From Raillietiella orientalis (lineage: Eukaryota), in assembly GCA_036172245.1 (NCBI GenBank), contig JAYWIR010000069.1, forward strand, positions 62,001 to 126,000: a DNA stretch of 64,000 nucleotides, written 5' to 3'. Positions 13,400-25,984 of this stretch are shown here, in pieces; within the stretch, counting starts at the first letter, position 1; each line of letters opens with the position of its first letter. Both the position numbers and the translations under genes were made by a program. The notes under the pieces are model-generated. The model was not told the DNA's origin, made no database searches, and saw only the letters and a program-made list of their open reading frames with translations.

Positions 13400-15150
13400 C
13401 CACTGGAGATGCTGCCTCTAACCAGATACTCCCGGAGACTTTGCGAACGCTTGGCAAAGCCATTCGAACTGGAGTACTATCAGTACCAGCCTACCAAGGG
13501 GCATAATATCAACGAATAAGCGACGAATTTATTTTAATTTGGTCTCCTTCTTCCTTGAAAGGAGGTTCATGACGTGCGTTCTACTCCAGCACGTTCACTT
13601 CAGAGCGTTCTTCTTTCTCATGCTCGCTCATCACCAGAGGTTAAACGCGTTCCTCAGTGATGGTTGCTATCGTATGAAAGAGACGATAACCAAATCAACC
13701 GAGGAATCGAGGACATCTGCAGTGACCTTCACGAGGGATGCCTTGGTGTCATGAACCTCGCTGATGTGCCACATAACTTCACTGTGGGTTGTTTCTTCAA
13801 GTTGCTGATGTCTTCAGCGCTAAGCCACTTCCGCACTCTCTCGGGAAACTCTGAGTGGTGTAACTACGGAGAGAACATCAGACACACGAACAACTGCAGA
13901 TCTCGGGAATTTCATTCCGAGAGACACATCTTGGAAATTCGAATGTGGAGATATACCAAGATAGATGGAGGTGTACGAAGATGTACGAAACTAGGTGCCG
14001 TAGCACGTAAGGAGTCCCTCCATATGCTGTTCCAGGGTCCCAGGAAGAAGTCCATGCACTGGTAAAGTGAGGAACAGATGAAGACTTCGAGGAGTGAGAA
14101 ATTTGGAATCTAGAGGAGCTTCTGAGCAACACCAGAAGAGTGTCCCCATCTCTGAGGAGACAGAGCGGTTTTCCAGGGCAAGACTAGAAGAGTCGCTCTT
14201 CATCAGTCGAAGGTTCTGCGCAGCTTTTACAACCTGGAGGTGGACTCCACTTGTGACTCCCGAGAATTTAGAAAACACGCATCCAGTCTACATTGGGTGC
14301 CTCGAGGAAATTATCCTGGATCTGCTTCTTGAAACTAGAGGGAACCTTTAGGGGACCGCAGATTTATCTCAGAGATTGGAAATCGCTCCGTCCTGTGAAG
14401 GACCCGATTTTCTCCTTAGACATCCATAAAACTCTTTTTCCCTAGAAGCACCGAGAAATTGAGACAATCGTTTAAGATAGGAAGAATTGAGGAACGTGGA
14501 CAGAGTGAGGTGGTGAAGGAGAGAAAGCATAGGAAAGAGCAAAGCGACGACCAGAAGGCCACCCTGGTTGATGCGCCGGGATCGCATGCGAAACGATGCT
14601 CTGGAGGCCACGAAGTGGCATCCACTTATGCGTTGGAGACTGAGCTGCGGCGAAGAGAAGAAAAATCTAGAGGTGGCTTCTGGTCTAAGGGTGCAGAGAG
14701 ATGCGTGCTCCTTGCATGCGAGAAGAGAGTGACTGGTATCTGGACCAGAGGTCTGTTGGCATGGATTATCTCAGCCCCTTGCAGGAACACGAGCAGCTGG
14801 CCACTACCAGACGAGCTCGACTTCAGGAGGTTATAGAAGAGTCACTTCTTGTGTCTGAAAATCAGTACCGGTACCCTGTCACCAAGTACTTCCGCGGTTG
14901 CACTGCTTTTATGCTTCTGAGCACTACTTCCGAGCTCGAAAAGAGGATTTCGAACGCGGGTCATCAGCGAATAATTTGCGACATGTGAGTACCCAATAAT
15001 CAGGGAGGGTCCATTCGAAGGTGTCTGGGAATGCTTTGCTGCGGTTCACCCACTCCCCATAGAAGTGGAGGTCAGTGCAGGCAGAGCAGTCGCCTCATCG
15101 CGCGCGACTTGATGTCGCCTGCAGCTTCCCTTGCAGCCCTGTGCTGTTTT
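13400..15150 (+). mobile_element. Probable Ty3/gypsy pol remnant (RT-RNaseH-integrase), heavily decayed
   Basis: QRSVGMDYLSPL, ENQYRYPVTKYF, RIICDM*VP and TPHRSGGQC resemble integrase core motifs in order (14740-15090). Upstream RT-like traces are weaker. Confidence 0.4.
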
Positions 15151-16349
15151 CGTGGGGTCGTGGAGGAAAGAAGCCGAGCCGAAACAGGCCATCGCAATCG
15201 CCTATTCTTCCGTGATAAAGGCGACAGGATGGCCACATCTTTGCCAACAAAAGGAGGAGTTTGTCCACATCTTCCAGAAGATGCTGAGGACGTCAAAAAG
15301 AAACTTGTAATCCCTTCCCTTCCCACCCTCTTCCAAACATTTTTAAACTGACCTTTAGCCTTTTTTTTTTTGCTTTTGTTTGCTCCTATCCCCAGTTCTC
15401 CTGTGCGAATCTCATCGGAGGAGCTGCTCACGAGAAGAGCGCCTCCGAGACATTTCCCACCCATCGTAGTGGTGCTGTGAAACCACTAAGAGGAAAGACA
15501 CTTTGTTAGATGGTGAAACATTTTTTTCATTGATTCTTTTGGCACTAAAACGCCACAATGGCAACGCCCAGGTGTGCAGGAGGGCATCGCAAAAGAGGGT
15601 CTAGTGTAAAGAGCAGCGCTTTGCTCCGTGCTGCTATCCGACAGGCAACGTGGAAGTGCCGTTGACTTCTGTTCTCTCCTTGGAGGAACTCACAGAAGAT
15701 CCACGCAGAAGGTTGGTCCTTTGCAACGAGCTCCATGAATCACCTCATCGACCCTCTGGAGAGCATCGACTGATCTTCTGGGATGAATTTGGTAAATCTT
15801 GTCATCTCGAGAAACTCCCGCCTTACCTGCAAGTCACCACTCACCCCGTTTTCTGCCGCTGAGAGTTGAAGCTAATGGGGCGGCAGCAGACCCAACGGCG
15901 TTCTCCCAACAACCGAGCTGTGTGAGGGAGGTGCCTGAGCCTTTTGGTGGCTGCGAGGTAGCAGCCAACAAAAAGTCCGAGTCACATTTCTCCACAACCA
16001 GCAACACGCCTTGAAGGTCCCTATTGAGAAGGTTCGTAAAGTGGTTACCAGGGCTGATCTTCTGAACAGAAACTGCGGCCAAGTTTACTCCTGAGGCATC
16101 GCGTTCTCAGCGGTAATCAATTTTCGATGAGTACCGTCTATGCAAGCGGACGTGTGGTACTTTGGTGGATTGTCCTGGAGCACTGGAGCAAGTAGGAAGG
16201 ACTGAAAAACCGGACCGTGAGAAGAGCTCTGGTATACGCTCAAGCTGTCAAGAATGCTGTCAGATAGTGGCTCTTTTCAGATGCAAATGAGTTTAGACGT
16301 CTGCCTTGTTCCACAGGATTTTTACTCGGTCACTTCACCACTTCTCTGA

Positions 16350-17950
16350 ATTGTGGTTTATTTCTTAGATAAATAGACCATAAGTCAGAGGGGAACAACG
16401 TCTCTTGAATACCAGAGATGCTCGAAAAAAGGAGAAAAAAAAAAGCAATTCATTGGGGATGACCACGGGCATGCAGGTCGACTTCTAAGAAAGTAGGGAA
16501 CAGAAGAAGGAAAGATTAAGTAAAATGAGACAGGAGCGTAGGGACAGGAGCCTTTGGTTTCATTCGTTCCTTTCCTTCAAGATGCGGCTGCGTATGGCGG
16601 TTATCTCACTGACGACCTCTTCTGACGGGTGAGGCCACCTTGCAGCCGATCTCACGGAGCAGGCTGCCATGCAGGTGGCCTCCCTTCCCTGCGAACGACA
16701 CTCCATCACGGAGCGGACTGTGAGGATGGCGTGGATGCGGCAGCCCGTTGCGACCACAGCGCCCGACGTCAGCCCACCTCGAGTGAAGAAGCGCTGCAAC
16801 AAGTCCGAAACGGAGGGAGTCCTGCGGTTGATGGGGCATTGAAGGGAGTCTCCACCACATGTCCTCCAGGACACTGCAGTCCAGCAGGATCTGCAGGGAA
16901 CGATTGTATCGCCCTGCGCCTGGAACAGTTCGGGGAGGCAACTTTCCCGGAAACCAGATGTCTTGAACGAAATCCTCAGTGCAGAAACAGCAGAACTTCC
17001 TCAACATTGCCAACGCAGTGGGAACAGGGAGCGTGTCCGCACGCAGGGCAGGGATCGCGAGTTCTTCGAGGGGGGCACACCGAGCAGGTCGCTCTACCGA
17101 AGGAGTCCCTTCTCCCGGGAACGAGGAGCGGCGGCATCCGCCAACTCGCACGTCTTGCAGCCGTCCAGGAGTTTCTCGACTCCTGAGATTGTGCAGAAGA
17201 ACTCTCATTCCGCCGGCTGGCCGCCGTCATCATTTTCCCTGAGGGCAGGCAGAGCTGCGGGAAGGGATGTGACGGCGATCCGGGACCGCTGCGTCCAGTC
17301 ATTCAGGAGGTCTTCCAGAGGCCTGCATAAGAGCTGCTCCTGGGCGCGCTTCCAAAGTGGTCACCCGGGACCCCAGTGCCTACTGCCTCCAGGCGTTCCA
17401 ATTTCGAGAGCGGCAGGAGACTCAGGGGTGAGCTACCAGAAGCGAGGACAGATACCTCAGGGGTCAACCAAATCCATTCCTCCTAGGACTGGATTTGGCT
17501 ACCTTCCTAGGACCTAGAAAGTCGCTTGTTCCATGGGACGGGAGCGTGCGGTAAACATGGCTTCCGTGCCGTTAGCTGCCTTCCCCATCTAGGAAGCTGC
17601 CTGCTAGATGGCCAACCAGAAGAGCAGAGAAAGAATGACCGCTTCGGTGGCTCCATGGTGGTCGTCTCTCAGCGATGACATGGAGCTGTCGATGTGGCAC
17701 AAGGGTGTGGTTTGTTGCATTCTCTCCCGACACGAAATGCGGCAGTAGATGAGGAGCATTTTTGACCTTGAATGACAATTCAGGGACTTCAACAGGTTCC
17801 CGTGTTGTGACCCAGGTCGCATTGGCAGTCGCACGTCAAGGCAGCGGAGTCCAGTGCCCCCAGGTGAATCAGGACTCGCTAGATGTAGCCTAAGGGGAGA
17901 AGCAAGCTTCTCGATGGATGATTTGCACCGCAGTGGCTCGGTGGCTGAGG
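16350..17950 (-). mobile_element. L1/Tx1-like LINE 3' fragment (longer copy)
   Basis: 16382-17420 is the reverse complement of 10120-11159. It extends 5' to a GGTGL (GGLGL-like) motif near 17850. Minus-strand AATAAA near 16357-16362. Confidence 0.75.
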
Positions 17951-18887
17951 ATGCGGATCCCAGTGTTCCGGAAGCAGTAGGTCTTTCCACGGTTCAGACA
18001 AGCTTCACGGAGAAAGGCGTATTTTCCCATGGCGACGACCATACCGCAGCTCCCCATACCTCCGTCCACCGTAATTTCGGAACTAGATTCCGGGGCGTCG
18101 CCCGCATCGTGGTCTCTCCCTCGCGACCAGGCGGCTGTGATGGCTAGCGGCGCTCGAAGCGAATCGAGGCAAAGAGGCGAGTGGGCACGCGGATGGGCGG
18201 GAAAGGCCGCCCGGAAGGTCTCCGCGACCTGCGCGCATCGGGCAGGTCGCAGCAGGAGGTGGTTTTTCTCCTCGTCTCAGGGTCAGCCGACTTCCACGAG
18301 CTCCCTCCTGCGTCCCGGAGTTTTGGTGGTGCTTGCCCGATCCGGCGCCGGACTGGTATCGCCGTCGGGTCAGGGAAAAGGAATGAAGCTCGTGAGCCTC
18401 TATGTCGTCCTCCACGAGCGCACGGATAGATGGCGTCACGGCCACGCCGTCCATTTCGGGATACGAAGGTGGTGGTGGAGAGGGATCGCTCCGGAAGAAG
18501 ATAAGGCGATGAATGATCGGCTTGTCTTTGCACGGCCTATCTTTGCCCGCCGAGGCTCGATTGATCGTCTGAGCCGAGATAACCGGGAATCGCTCTACGG
18601 CAGGAACAAACGTATCCTGCTGCTCCCGTCCATTTATCAATTCGCTCCTCGCTGGAGCTGCTTGCGCCTGCGCGTTGAGAGATCGGCCGCTCTCCGAGCA
18701 AAGGGCGGGGGAGAGGGGAAAACTCATGGGCCGAGGTCGGACCCCCTTCATGCCGCCGACCGAGCGCAGTGGGAAAGGGAAGGAGCCGTTCCGAATAACT
18801 GGGAGGGGCTATGCCTGCTGCGGACGGCTTGGAGTGCCTCGTGCTCGGGAGGGCACGGCTCGCTGCCACCGCCGTGCGTGCCGTGCC

Positions 18888-18918
18888 CTTTGATCTTAGC
18901 CAAAAGGCCGAGAAGCGA
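18888..18918 (-). pseudogene. U2: U2 snRNA 5' fragment (nt 2-32), tailless retropseudogene
   Basis: Minus strand TCGCTTCTCGGCCTTTTGGCTAAGATCAAAG matches the conserved 5' end of U2. Flanked by GCCGTGCC at 18880-18887 and 18920-18927. Confidence 0.92.
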
Positions 18919-18964
18919 GGCCGTGCCGTTCCCGAGGGCTCCGAGATGGACACGCGAATGCCGA

Positions 18965-19095
18965 TGGAGGAAGAAAAGGAGCTCGAAGGGATGCTGAGAG
19001 GGATAGAGGGAAGGAGGAAAGGCAAAGGAAGAGAAAGAGAAAAGAGGAGGAGGAAAAGGAGGAAGAAGGGAGGAAGGGAGAAAGAGGAGGAAGAC
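18965..19095. repeat. Polypurine (GA-rich) tract
   Basis: Nearly pure G/A. Similar Pu/Py tracts at 21020-21175, 22205-22290, 22975-23045, 32485-32598 and 37985-38200. Confidence 0.8.
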
Positions 19096-19269
19096 ACTGG
19101 GAAGGCGCTCAAGACCGCAAGGATTAGAGACGACGACAGATGGCGTCGGCGCACCCCACGTCCCGGAGCTCTGTCAGGTGAGTGCGGGGTGGAAAGAGGG
19201 GTCATTTCCACTTCCCCTCATCTCCACGCGCTTTGCGTCCCTGCACGGCGCGCGCCAGGATTGCCGACT

Positions 19270-19760
19270 CTTCCTCATCGCCGCCGTCCTCATCGTCGTC
19301 ATAGTCACGGCCATCGTTTTCCGGAAGCAGATCGCGATCATCATCGCGATCAGGAGACCATGGTCGTCGTCGTCATCGTCTTGGTGATCACGTGCCATCA
19401 TGGTCATATTTATCACAGTCACTATCACCATGAATGTCGATATCATCGTCATCACAATTACGTCATCACGATCGTCCTCTTTGCCTCGGTCACCGTGGTC
19501 AGGTCATCATTGTCGTCGCTTTCGTCGTCGCCATCACTGCCATGGCAATCGTCATCGTATGTGTTGTCATACCTGTGACCACATCATCAATTTCATCGTC
19601 ACAAGTGTCGTCGTCTCCGTCGTCACGATCATGGCTGCCCATCATCGTCATTGCCTTGGCGATCGTCCTCGCGATCCCATCTTCACAACGGTCATTGTCT
19701 GCGTCGTCGTCGTCGTCGTCGTGATCACGTCATCAAGGTGCCATGTTCATCGTCATGATG
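19270..19760. repeat. Degenerate (CAT/CGT)n trinucleotide microsatellite
   Basis: Continuous catcgtcgtcatc-type triplets over about 500 bp. Confidence 0.85.
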
Positions 19761-20182
19761 TCCTCTTCCTCCTCTTTGTTTTCTCTCTGGTCACCGCCGT
19801 CGGGATATGGTGGCAGCAGCGGCGAACACGTCCTTCCTTCTCCGTCCCTCTCTCGTACACCCTTCGTCCAAAGCGGCGGCTTCCCCCTCGAAGAGTGAGT
19901 CTCCGAGGCGACCTTTCTGCCGCCCTCGGATGCGCGCCTGCGCGGGAAGAGGTCGCGCCTGCGTCTGAACGCCTTCCCGGGGGCGTCTGCGCCCGCAGCG
20001 AGCGGCGAGCGGCGAGCCGCACGGGAGGCGCCACAATGCGAGCGGCGTGACGCGGTGACGGGCGGACACCCCAGCGTCGTCGTGGTCATCGCGGTCTCTG
20101 CAGCGGCGGGTGAGCCACCGCGCCTCCTTCCCTCGCCTACAACACTCCCCCCTCCCCCTCTTCCTCCTTTCTTCCGCGCCAG

Positions 20183-20293
20183 GCCTCCTCCCCTCCCGGT
20201 CCACCTTCCCTTCGCCATGGCAACCACGTCGCCACGGGGGACGCTGCTGCTGCTGCTGATGATGATGATTCTTCTGCTGCTGCTGCTGTTGGC
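20183..20293 (+). other. Candidate exon encoding a signal-peptide-like segment (MATTSPRGTLLLLLMMMILLLLLLL)
   Basis: Pyrimidine tract plus CAG at 20180-20182, Kozak-like cgccATGG at 20217, GTAAGT donor at 20294. In frame with a candidate upstream exon 19140-19177 (CAG|GTGAGT). Phase 2, so it does not join the Dpr exon directly. Confidence 0.3.
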
Positions 20294-23200
20294 GTAAGTT
20301 CAAGCTGCACCTTGGCGCTTTGCCTGCTGCTCATCCCCGCGCCCCCTGGACCGCGCGCATCTCGGGGGAGTCCCCGCCGTCCCTTCCATGCTACGGCAGG
20401 CCACGCCCCACTCCGGGAGCATCCGCAGGTCCCGATGGAAGCATCGAGACCCTCCTTCTTCACCCGCTGCCGCAGCGCATGCCGCTCTTGCTGGGGCCGC
20501 CCCGCCCGGTTCGGCCCGGAGAACCTCCGAGCTCTCCCTCGTTGCCAGCCAGGTTCGCATGACAACAACGGAATGGTCTGGGCGAGGGAGGGCTTCCCTC
20601 ATGTCTTTGGGACAGACTCGGAACGGAACTCCCCCCCCCCCCCCCCCCCTATCTGCAATGCCGCTCGATAAGGGGAGCCTCCCTACTCGTTGGTGAACTG
20701 GGGTGAAGCACGGCGGTGGTGGAGGACTCCCTCTCGAACGGGGGGCAGTGAGAACGGGAGAGCAAACAAGAGCACGATGGTGCCTAGCTGCCGGTGCGGC
20801 TTCTAGCGGAGGCACGGTGGAGCGCCATGGCAATGAGCACGCTCCCTAGGGAAGAAGGGTCACCTGTTTCCGATGTGTGCGTGAAGGAAGAGGGGAGAGT
20901 CTGCAGCGCTCCCTCTAGAACACCACCTTTTGAATGCCCTTTTTGCGCTTTCCATGCGTTCCAGCTCCTGGAAGGCAGTGACGGCAGCTGACTGGCAAGA
21001 AAGGGGTCTCAGAAATTGTATTCTTCCTCTTCTCCTTATTCTTCCTCTACTTCTTCCTCCTCTTCCTACATCCTTCTTCGTCCTCTTCTTCCTCTTCTCT
21101 TCCTCCTCCTCCTTTCTTCTTCCTTCTTTCTCCTTTTCCTACTCCCTCTTTCTCTTGTTTTTCCTCGTTTCGTCCTGAAAGACGTAATGCTTTCCCCTGC
21201 ATCCCGCGGGAGCCAGGAAAGGAGAGAAGAGACGGGCATGCCGCAGGCCGGGGGACGATCCCGGCATCCGCACTGGCAAGCGATGAACTGGATATCTCGC
21301 TTACTCCCCAAGGGCGGATCCTTAGTCCTCGAGACGCTGCCGAGGCGCTCCCCTGCCTCTCGCAGGAGGCAGGGAAGCCCTGGACCACCAGCCGCAATCC
21401 TTTCGTTTACACTTTGTGCCGCCTGAGCGACCGACGTCCGCATCTCCGTCTCCAGGGTGGGGCTGTACCATCGAAGCGACCATTCTCTTGGGTTCGCATG
21501 GCTCTTCCCAGTGAGCCTCTCCTGGAACCGCCCAGGCGTTCCTCTTCCCTTCTCGGTTTCCTGACTCGGATCGAGGTGTAGGGGAGGCCAAGCGATCCGG
21601 CGGATGGCACGCGGTGCTCGGTGGGGACACTGGCCTTGGTGTTCCTCGAGTTGTCATCATCGATGGATCGCACTGGACCAAAGGCAACCTGGAGGGCCGC
21701 CTGCAGGTGCGCGGTGGGCGCGTCACGTTTGCGACCCGCGTTCCGCCTCGAAAATCGGGTTCATCACGTGACGTTCCGGGGTCCTCCCATTGGGCGGTGT
21801 CCGCTGAGAATCCACCAGTATGCCACGCGTGCACACGTCCGCGTGTACGTTTGGCGGCGGGAAGACCCAGACGAGGGCGACCTGCCGGATGCGCCTCCCG
21901 CAGCGGGAGCGCCCTCTTTTCCCCGCGATTTTTCAGTCATCGTCCTTTCCCTTAAGCTCAATCGGAGCCTTGCTCCTGGGTACTGACAACAAAGCCGGGA
22001 ACAAGTGGATCCTGCGGCTGCAGGAAGGCTTGTGGGTGACCTACTACCTCTAGCACATCGGTCGTGACCAGCGGGTCCTGCAGCTGAAGGGGACTTTCCA
22101 AACCCCGTCCTCATGGCCAGTGCGCGGCCGTTCCCAATCCTCGAGCGGGAGCAAACCTGAAGGGATGCAGACAGTCAAAGAGGCAGTAAACATGGGACAT
22201 CCCAGCCAAGTTCATCTGCGTCCTCTTCCTCTTCCACTTATTCTTCCTCTCCTCTCTTTCCTTCCTCTTCTGCAGCATTTTTTCTTCTTCCTTCCGAAAC
22301 CAATCATCGCGCAGCTGCTCCACGACTGCCACCCGTTCTTGGCATGGGATGCGTTCTTTGGTTTGCGACCGTTCCCAGAATCAGAGGATGCAAACGGGAA
22401 ACGCACCAGCGATGGAACCAGCACGATCCCATTCCATGCTGGACTCTCCAGCGAAGCGTCTTCCAGCCGATGATGGTGCTCGGAGGGGCGGGATGAGCCA
22501 GGACCCTGCGTCAGGAGAGGCGAATTCCGGAGAGAAAGGCCCCGTGGTCAGCAGAACCTCCAGGGCTCGCTGCAGGTCGAGTGCCCGGAAGCGGAACGGA
22601 GTATCCGGGGCAGAAGGAAAAACTCTGGACGTCGGAGATGCCATGAAGCACAGATATCATGGAGGAGAAGCGGGAACGAGCGGGGAACAACCGGAAAGAA
22701 GTCCATGTGGTCATGGAGTGCTCTGAGCTACATAGAAAACAGCACGTCTCTCAAAGAGTGCCCCTCTAGAATAGGAAATAGACTAAAAAAAAAGAAGGAA
22801 AACAAGAAAGGCAAGTCCTGCCAGATCCCACTGGCGATAGCCGCTCTTTCGATGCGAGTTGTCCTGCTACTCCGAAGACCACTGCTGGAAGGTCGCATGA
22901 GAACAAACGGACTGCCGTGACCGCTCGAAGCGCACGCGGCAAACTCGTTGTCCTGAAGCGTGACGCGAGGTCGTTTCTTCCTCCTCTTCTCCTTATGCTT
23001 CCTCTTCTGCTTCTTCTCCCTTCTCCTGTTCTTTTTTCTCTCCTTTCGTCCAGGAAGAGGCGGTGCTGTTCATCGCACCTCCCGCGAGAGCCAGGCGAGG
23101 GACGGAGGGAAGGGCTCACTGCAGACCGGGCACGACCTCGGCATCCGCACTGGAAGGAGGCGAAGCGGAGGGCAGAGGAAAGCAGAGGAAGAGAGGAAAG

Positions 23201-23324
23201 CTGCAAATTGTTTGAGACTGCGGTCCTTCCAGCGTCGTCCTTGATTTGAGCACATGCCGAGAAAGAGCAGAGGATCCCGTGGTCCACGGTATCCAACCGC
23301 GAAACGTGTCCGGGACAGTTCTAT

Positions 23325-23877
23325 GTGGCAACGCGGCCGCCAGCGCAGTCTCCGCACGTAGCGTTATGCGTCCCGGGTTCGAATCCCGACTCGGGCGCAT
23401 CGACGCCAAGAGTCGCGGGTTCATCGTAGACTTCCCCTCTCAAGATGACGCAGGCTGGCCCATAATCGGGTGCGACACGGTGGTGAAAGCCGGAAACCCT
23501 GGATGCCCCGTTGACTGGCCGGGATTGGAAGTCGACACTCCGGGGGTCCTGCTAGGAATCGAGGGGGTTGGGTTTCCTTCCGGTCGCGAAGATGGATCCG
23601 TTCCCTTCTCGGAGAATAGGGACCCTCCATCCCGTACCATGGAGCTGGTGGATTGACACCTCTCCAGAGTGTGAAGAAGAGCACTGCTCCCTTCGGTAAG
23701 CGACCTCAGAGGAATCGGGAAGCATCCCTTCGGGGTTCTCTTTAGAGGAGGAAACCAGGAGCGAACCTTTACCATGGGATATTTCCACATAAGATATTTC
23801 AGGAGGGGATTCCCTTCGGGGTGCCCCCACCAAGCGTAAGGGGATCGGACTCCTTACTACGGGAACTTCCTGGATTC
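23325..23877 (+). mobile_element. tRNA-derived SINE, near full length
   Basis: B box GGTTCGAATCCC at 23376-23387, about 45 nt after an A-box-like GGCCGC. Body shared with five other copies. Confidence 0.65.
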
Positions 23878-25691
23878 GGCGTCGCGTTTAACTCTTCAAG
23901 TTACACGCGCTCTCGGGCGGCGTGAGCAGAGTCAGAGAGATTCGTCATCCTCCCTCCATTGCCCCCCATCCCTTCCCAAGGAAGCGAGTGGTTTTTCAGC
24001 ACCTGCGGAACCAGAAAGAAGGGAAGAAATCCTGAGAGGGAAAAGGAAAGCTGGATGGAAAGCAGCGAAAGCGGAAGAACCACCCAAAAGAACTCCCATC
24101 ACGGTCATTCACGGTCTCCATCCGCAAGCCGTTCCAGGGAAGAACCTTTCCTCGTCCACAGAAGGATCACAGTGTTCCCACATTCCGTGGACCAAGTCAC
24201 CAGTTATTCGATTCCGGAAGACGAACGGATCGCCTTCATGTACAGCGCGTGCGGGAAGTCCCGGCACCCGTCTTCCGGTCCCCACTGTGCATTACCCCAT
24301 TTCACATCCCCATCTACAAGAGCTGCTTGCAGCCCACCTACCAGCACTCACCAGCAAGAACTGCTTGGTCGTTCCGGTGAGACAACCAGCCCCCGAGAGG
24401 AAAGTCAACTAGCTCCATGATAACGGCTCCATTTTCGCAACCGGAAGGGAAACCCGAAGGACTCCTTCATGTCCTGGAAGGACCTACTAGCACGGCGAAT
24501 GCGCGGAACAGCGCAGGTTCCACTCTTCCGGTCTTACCACCGCGCTGGAAAGACGAAGCGGGAAGAGGCTGAAAGAGTCTGCGCCTTTGCGCTTCGCGCC
24601 CCAAGGCGTGCATGGGGAGGCACAGAGGGAGGCCCAGGGCAGCAGCTGGGGAATCCTCGATCCTCCTGGAAGAGATCGCGGCTCTGCAGTGAGTCTCCTT
24701 CGCGAGTGGGTTCTCGCTTGTTCGGGAGAGCAGAGGACTCGCTGCGCTGCATCGTGTCTCCGTGCAGGGCGGCAGCCACGCCCTGCGGATTCGTGACGTC
24801 ATACGAGACTCGCCCTCCGCGGAAGGGCGGGATGCGAGAAGACGCCCTCAAGACATGCGAGCACCTTTTGTGCCCTCTCTGTCTAGCAGTGGTGGTCGCT
24901 GGGCGCAGGGCGCGGAGCTCGCGAATGAGTTTCGTCTCGATTCGGGGATGCACGGAAGACCGGTCGCTCCCCTTTCCGATCTTCGAGAGGGACGAAGGGC
25001 AGTGCCCACGAGGAGCTTCCTGAAAACGACTAGAAGCATCCGCGGTGGAAGGGGGTTGCCGAGGAAAACGCCAGGGTGGCTCATCCGTCTCTTTCTCCTC
25101 TCTTCCGCTTCCTTCAGCGCTCTCGTGAAGATTCGAACCTTCGCCCGGCTGAAACCAGAAGCTTCATCCGGCACTTCCTGACCGACCGTTCCCGCCTTTC
25201 AATCAAGCGATGCATGGGGAGGACCGGAAAAAAGAAAAAAAAAAACGGACCCTACGGGAACCTTCGCTGGAAGCCCCGTTTGCCGGTCGGCTGCGCTGAT
25301 GCCGAGTTTCCCGGGTGGAGATGGGGGAGCGAAGGAGCGAGCAAGCAAAGAACATGCCGGCCAGAGAGAAGCATTTAGCACATGATTGATGGAGGCACTC
25401 CGAACCCCCGAGGAGCTTTCGTGGGTGGCAGAAGACGGGAGATGGCATCTGCGAAACAGGAAGCTGCTTGCCCTGCATCCGCATGGGGAAGCTGCGCTCC
25501 GCTCCCGTTCCCTCTCCCTTCTTTCCGGTCCGTGCCAGCCGCACGCTAGCCACTTGCTGCTTTTGAGGCGGTCTGGGGTCCAGCTTCCGGGATGAGATTC
25601 CCCGGAGTGGCGCGGAGAGTTTCTGATAGAATCGTACGCGGGAAGGCGCACTGGCCAACTTCGCGAGCCGGGTTCCTGACATTCCCAACTC

Positions 25692-25984
25692 CATGGCTGC
25701 CGCCCCCAGGGTGAGCAAACCATCCCGTCTTCCTTCGCCCGAGCTCCAAGGATGGCTAGAGTGTTGCTGGAGTGCAGGAGACCTCTTCCCACTCCAAGAA
25801 TGCTGCTCCACCTGCTTCCCTTTCATTCCGTAGTGGCGCCGCTTCGGAGCGCCGTGGGCCCTCTGGCCGCCTGGTCGCGCTCGCGCTCCTTCCCGCTAGA
25901 ACTGCCGAGGCTGCGCCAACTATGCAAGCGTCGGTGTCCGCGGTGGTCTCGCGTCAGGCAGGGATGCCAGCAATTACTGGAGGC
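25692..25984. repeat. Dispersed direct repeat, partner 27217-27505 (block order permuted)
   Basis: About 180-bp block CATGGCTGCC...GCCGCCTG is shared at 25692 and 27324, plus two shorter shared blocks. Confidence 0.85.

Noticed and set aside
19174..20050. His-rich or Val/Ile-rich membrane protein ORFs
   Set aside because: These are translations of the (CAT/CGT)n microsatellite, open in several frames.
21059..21085. 27-bp exact inverted match to 32496-32522
   Set aside because: Lies within low-complexity Pu/Py tracts associated with a dispersed repeat.
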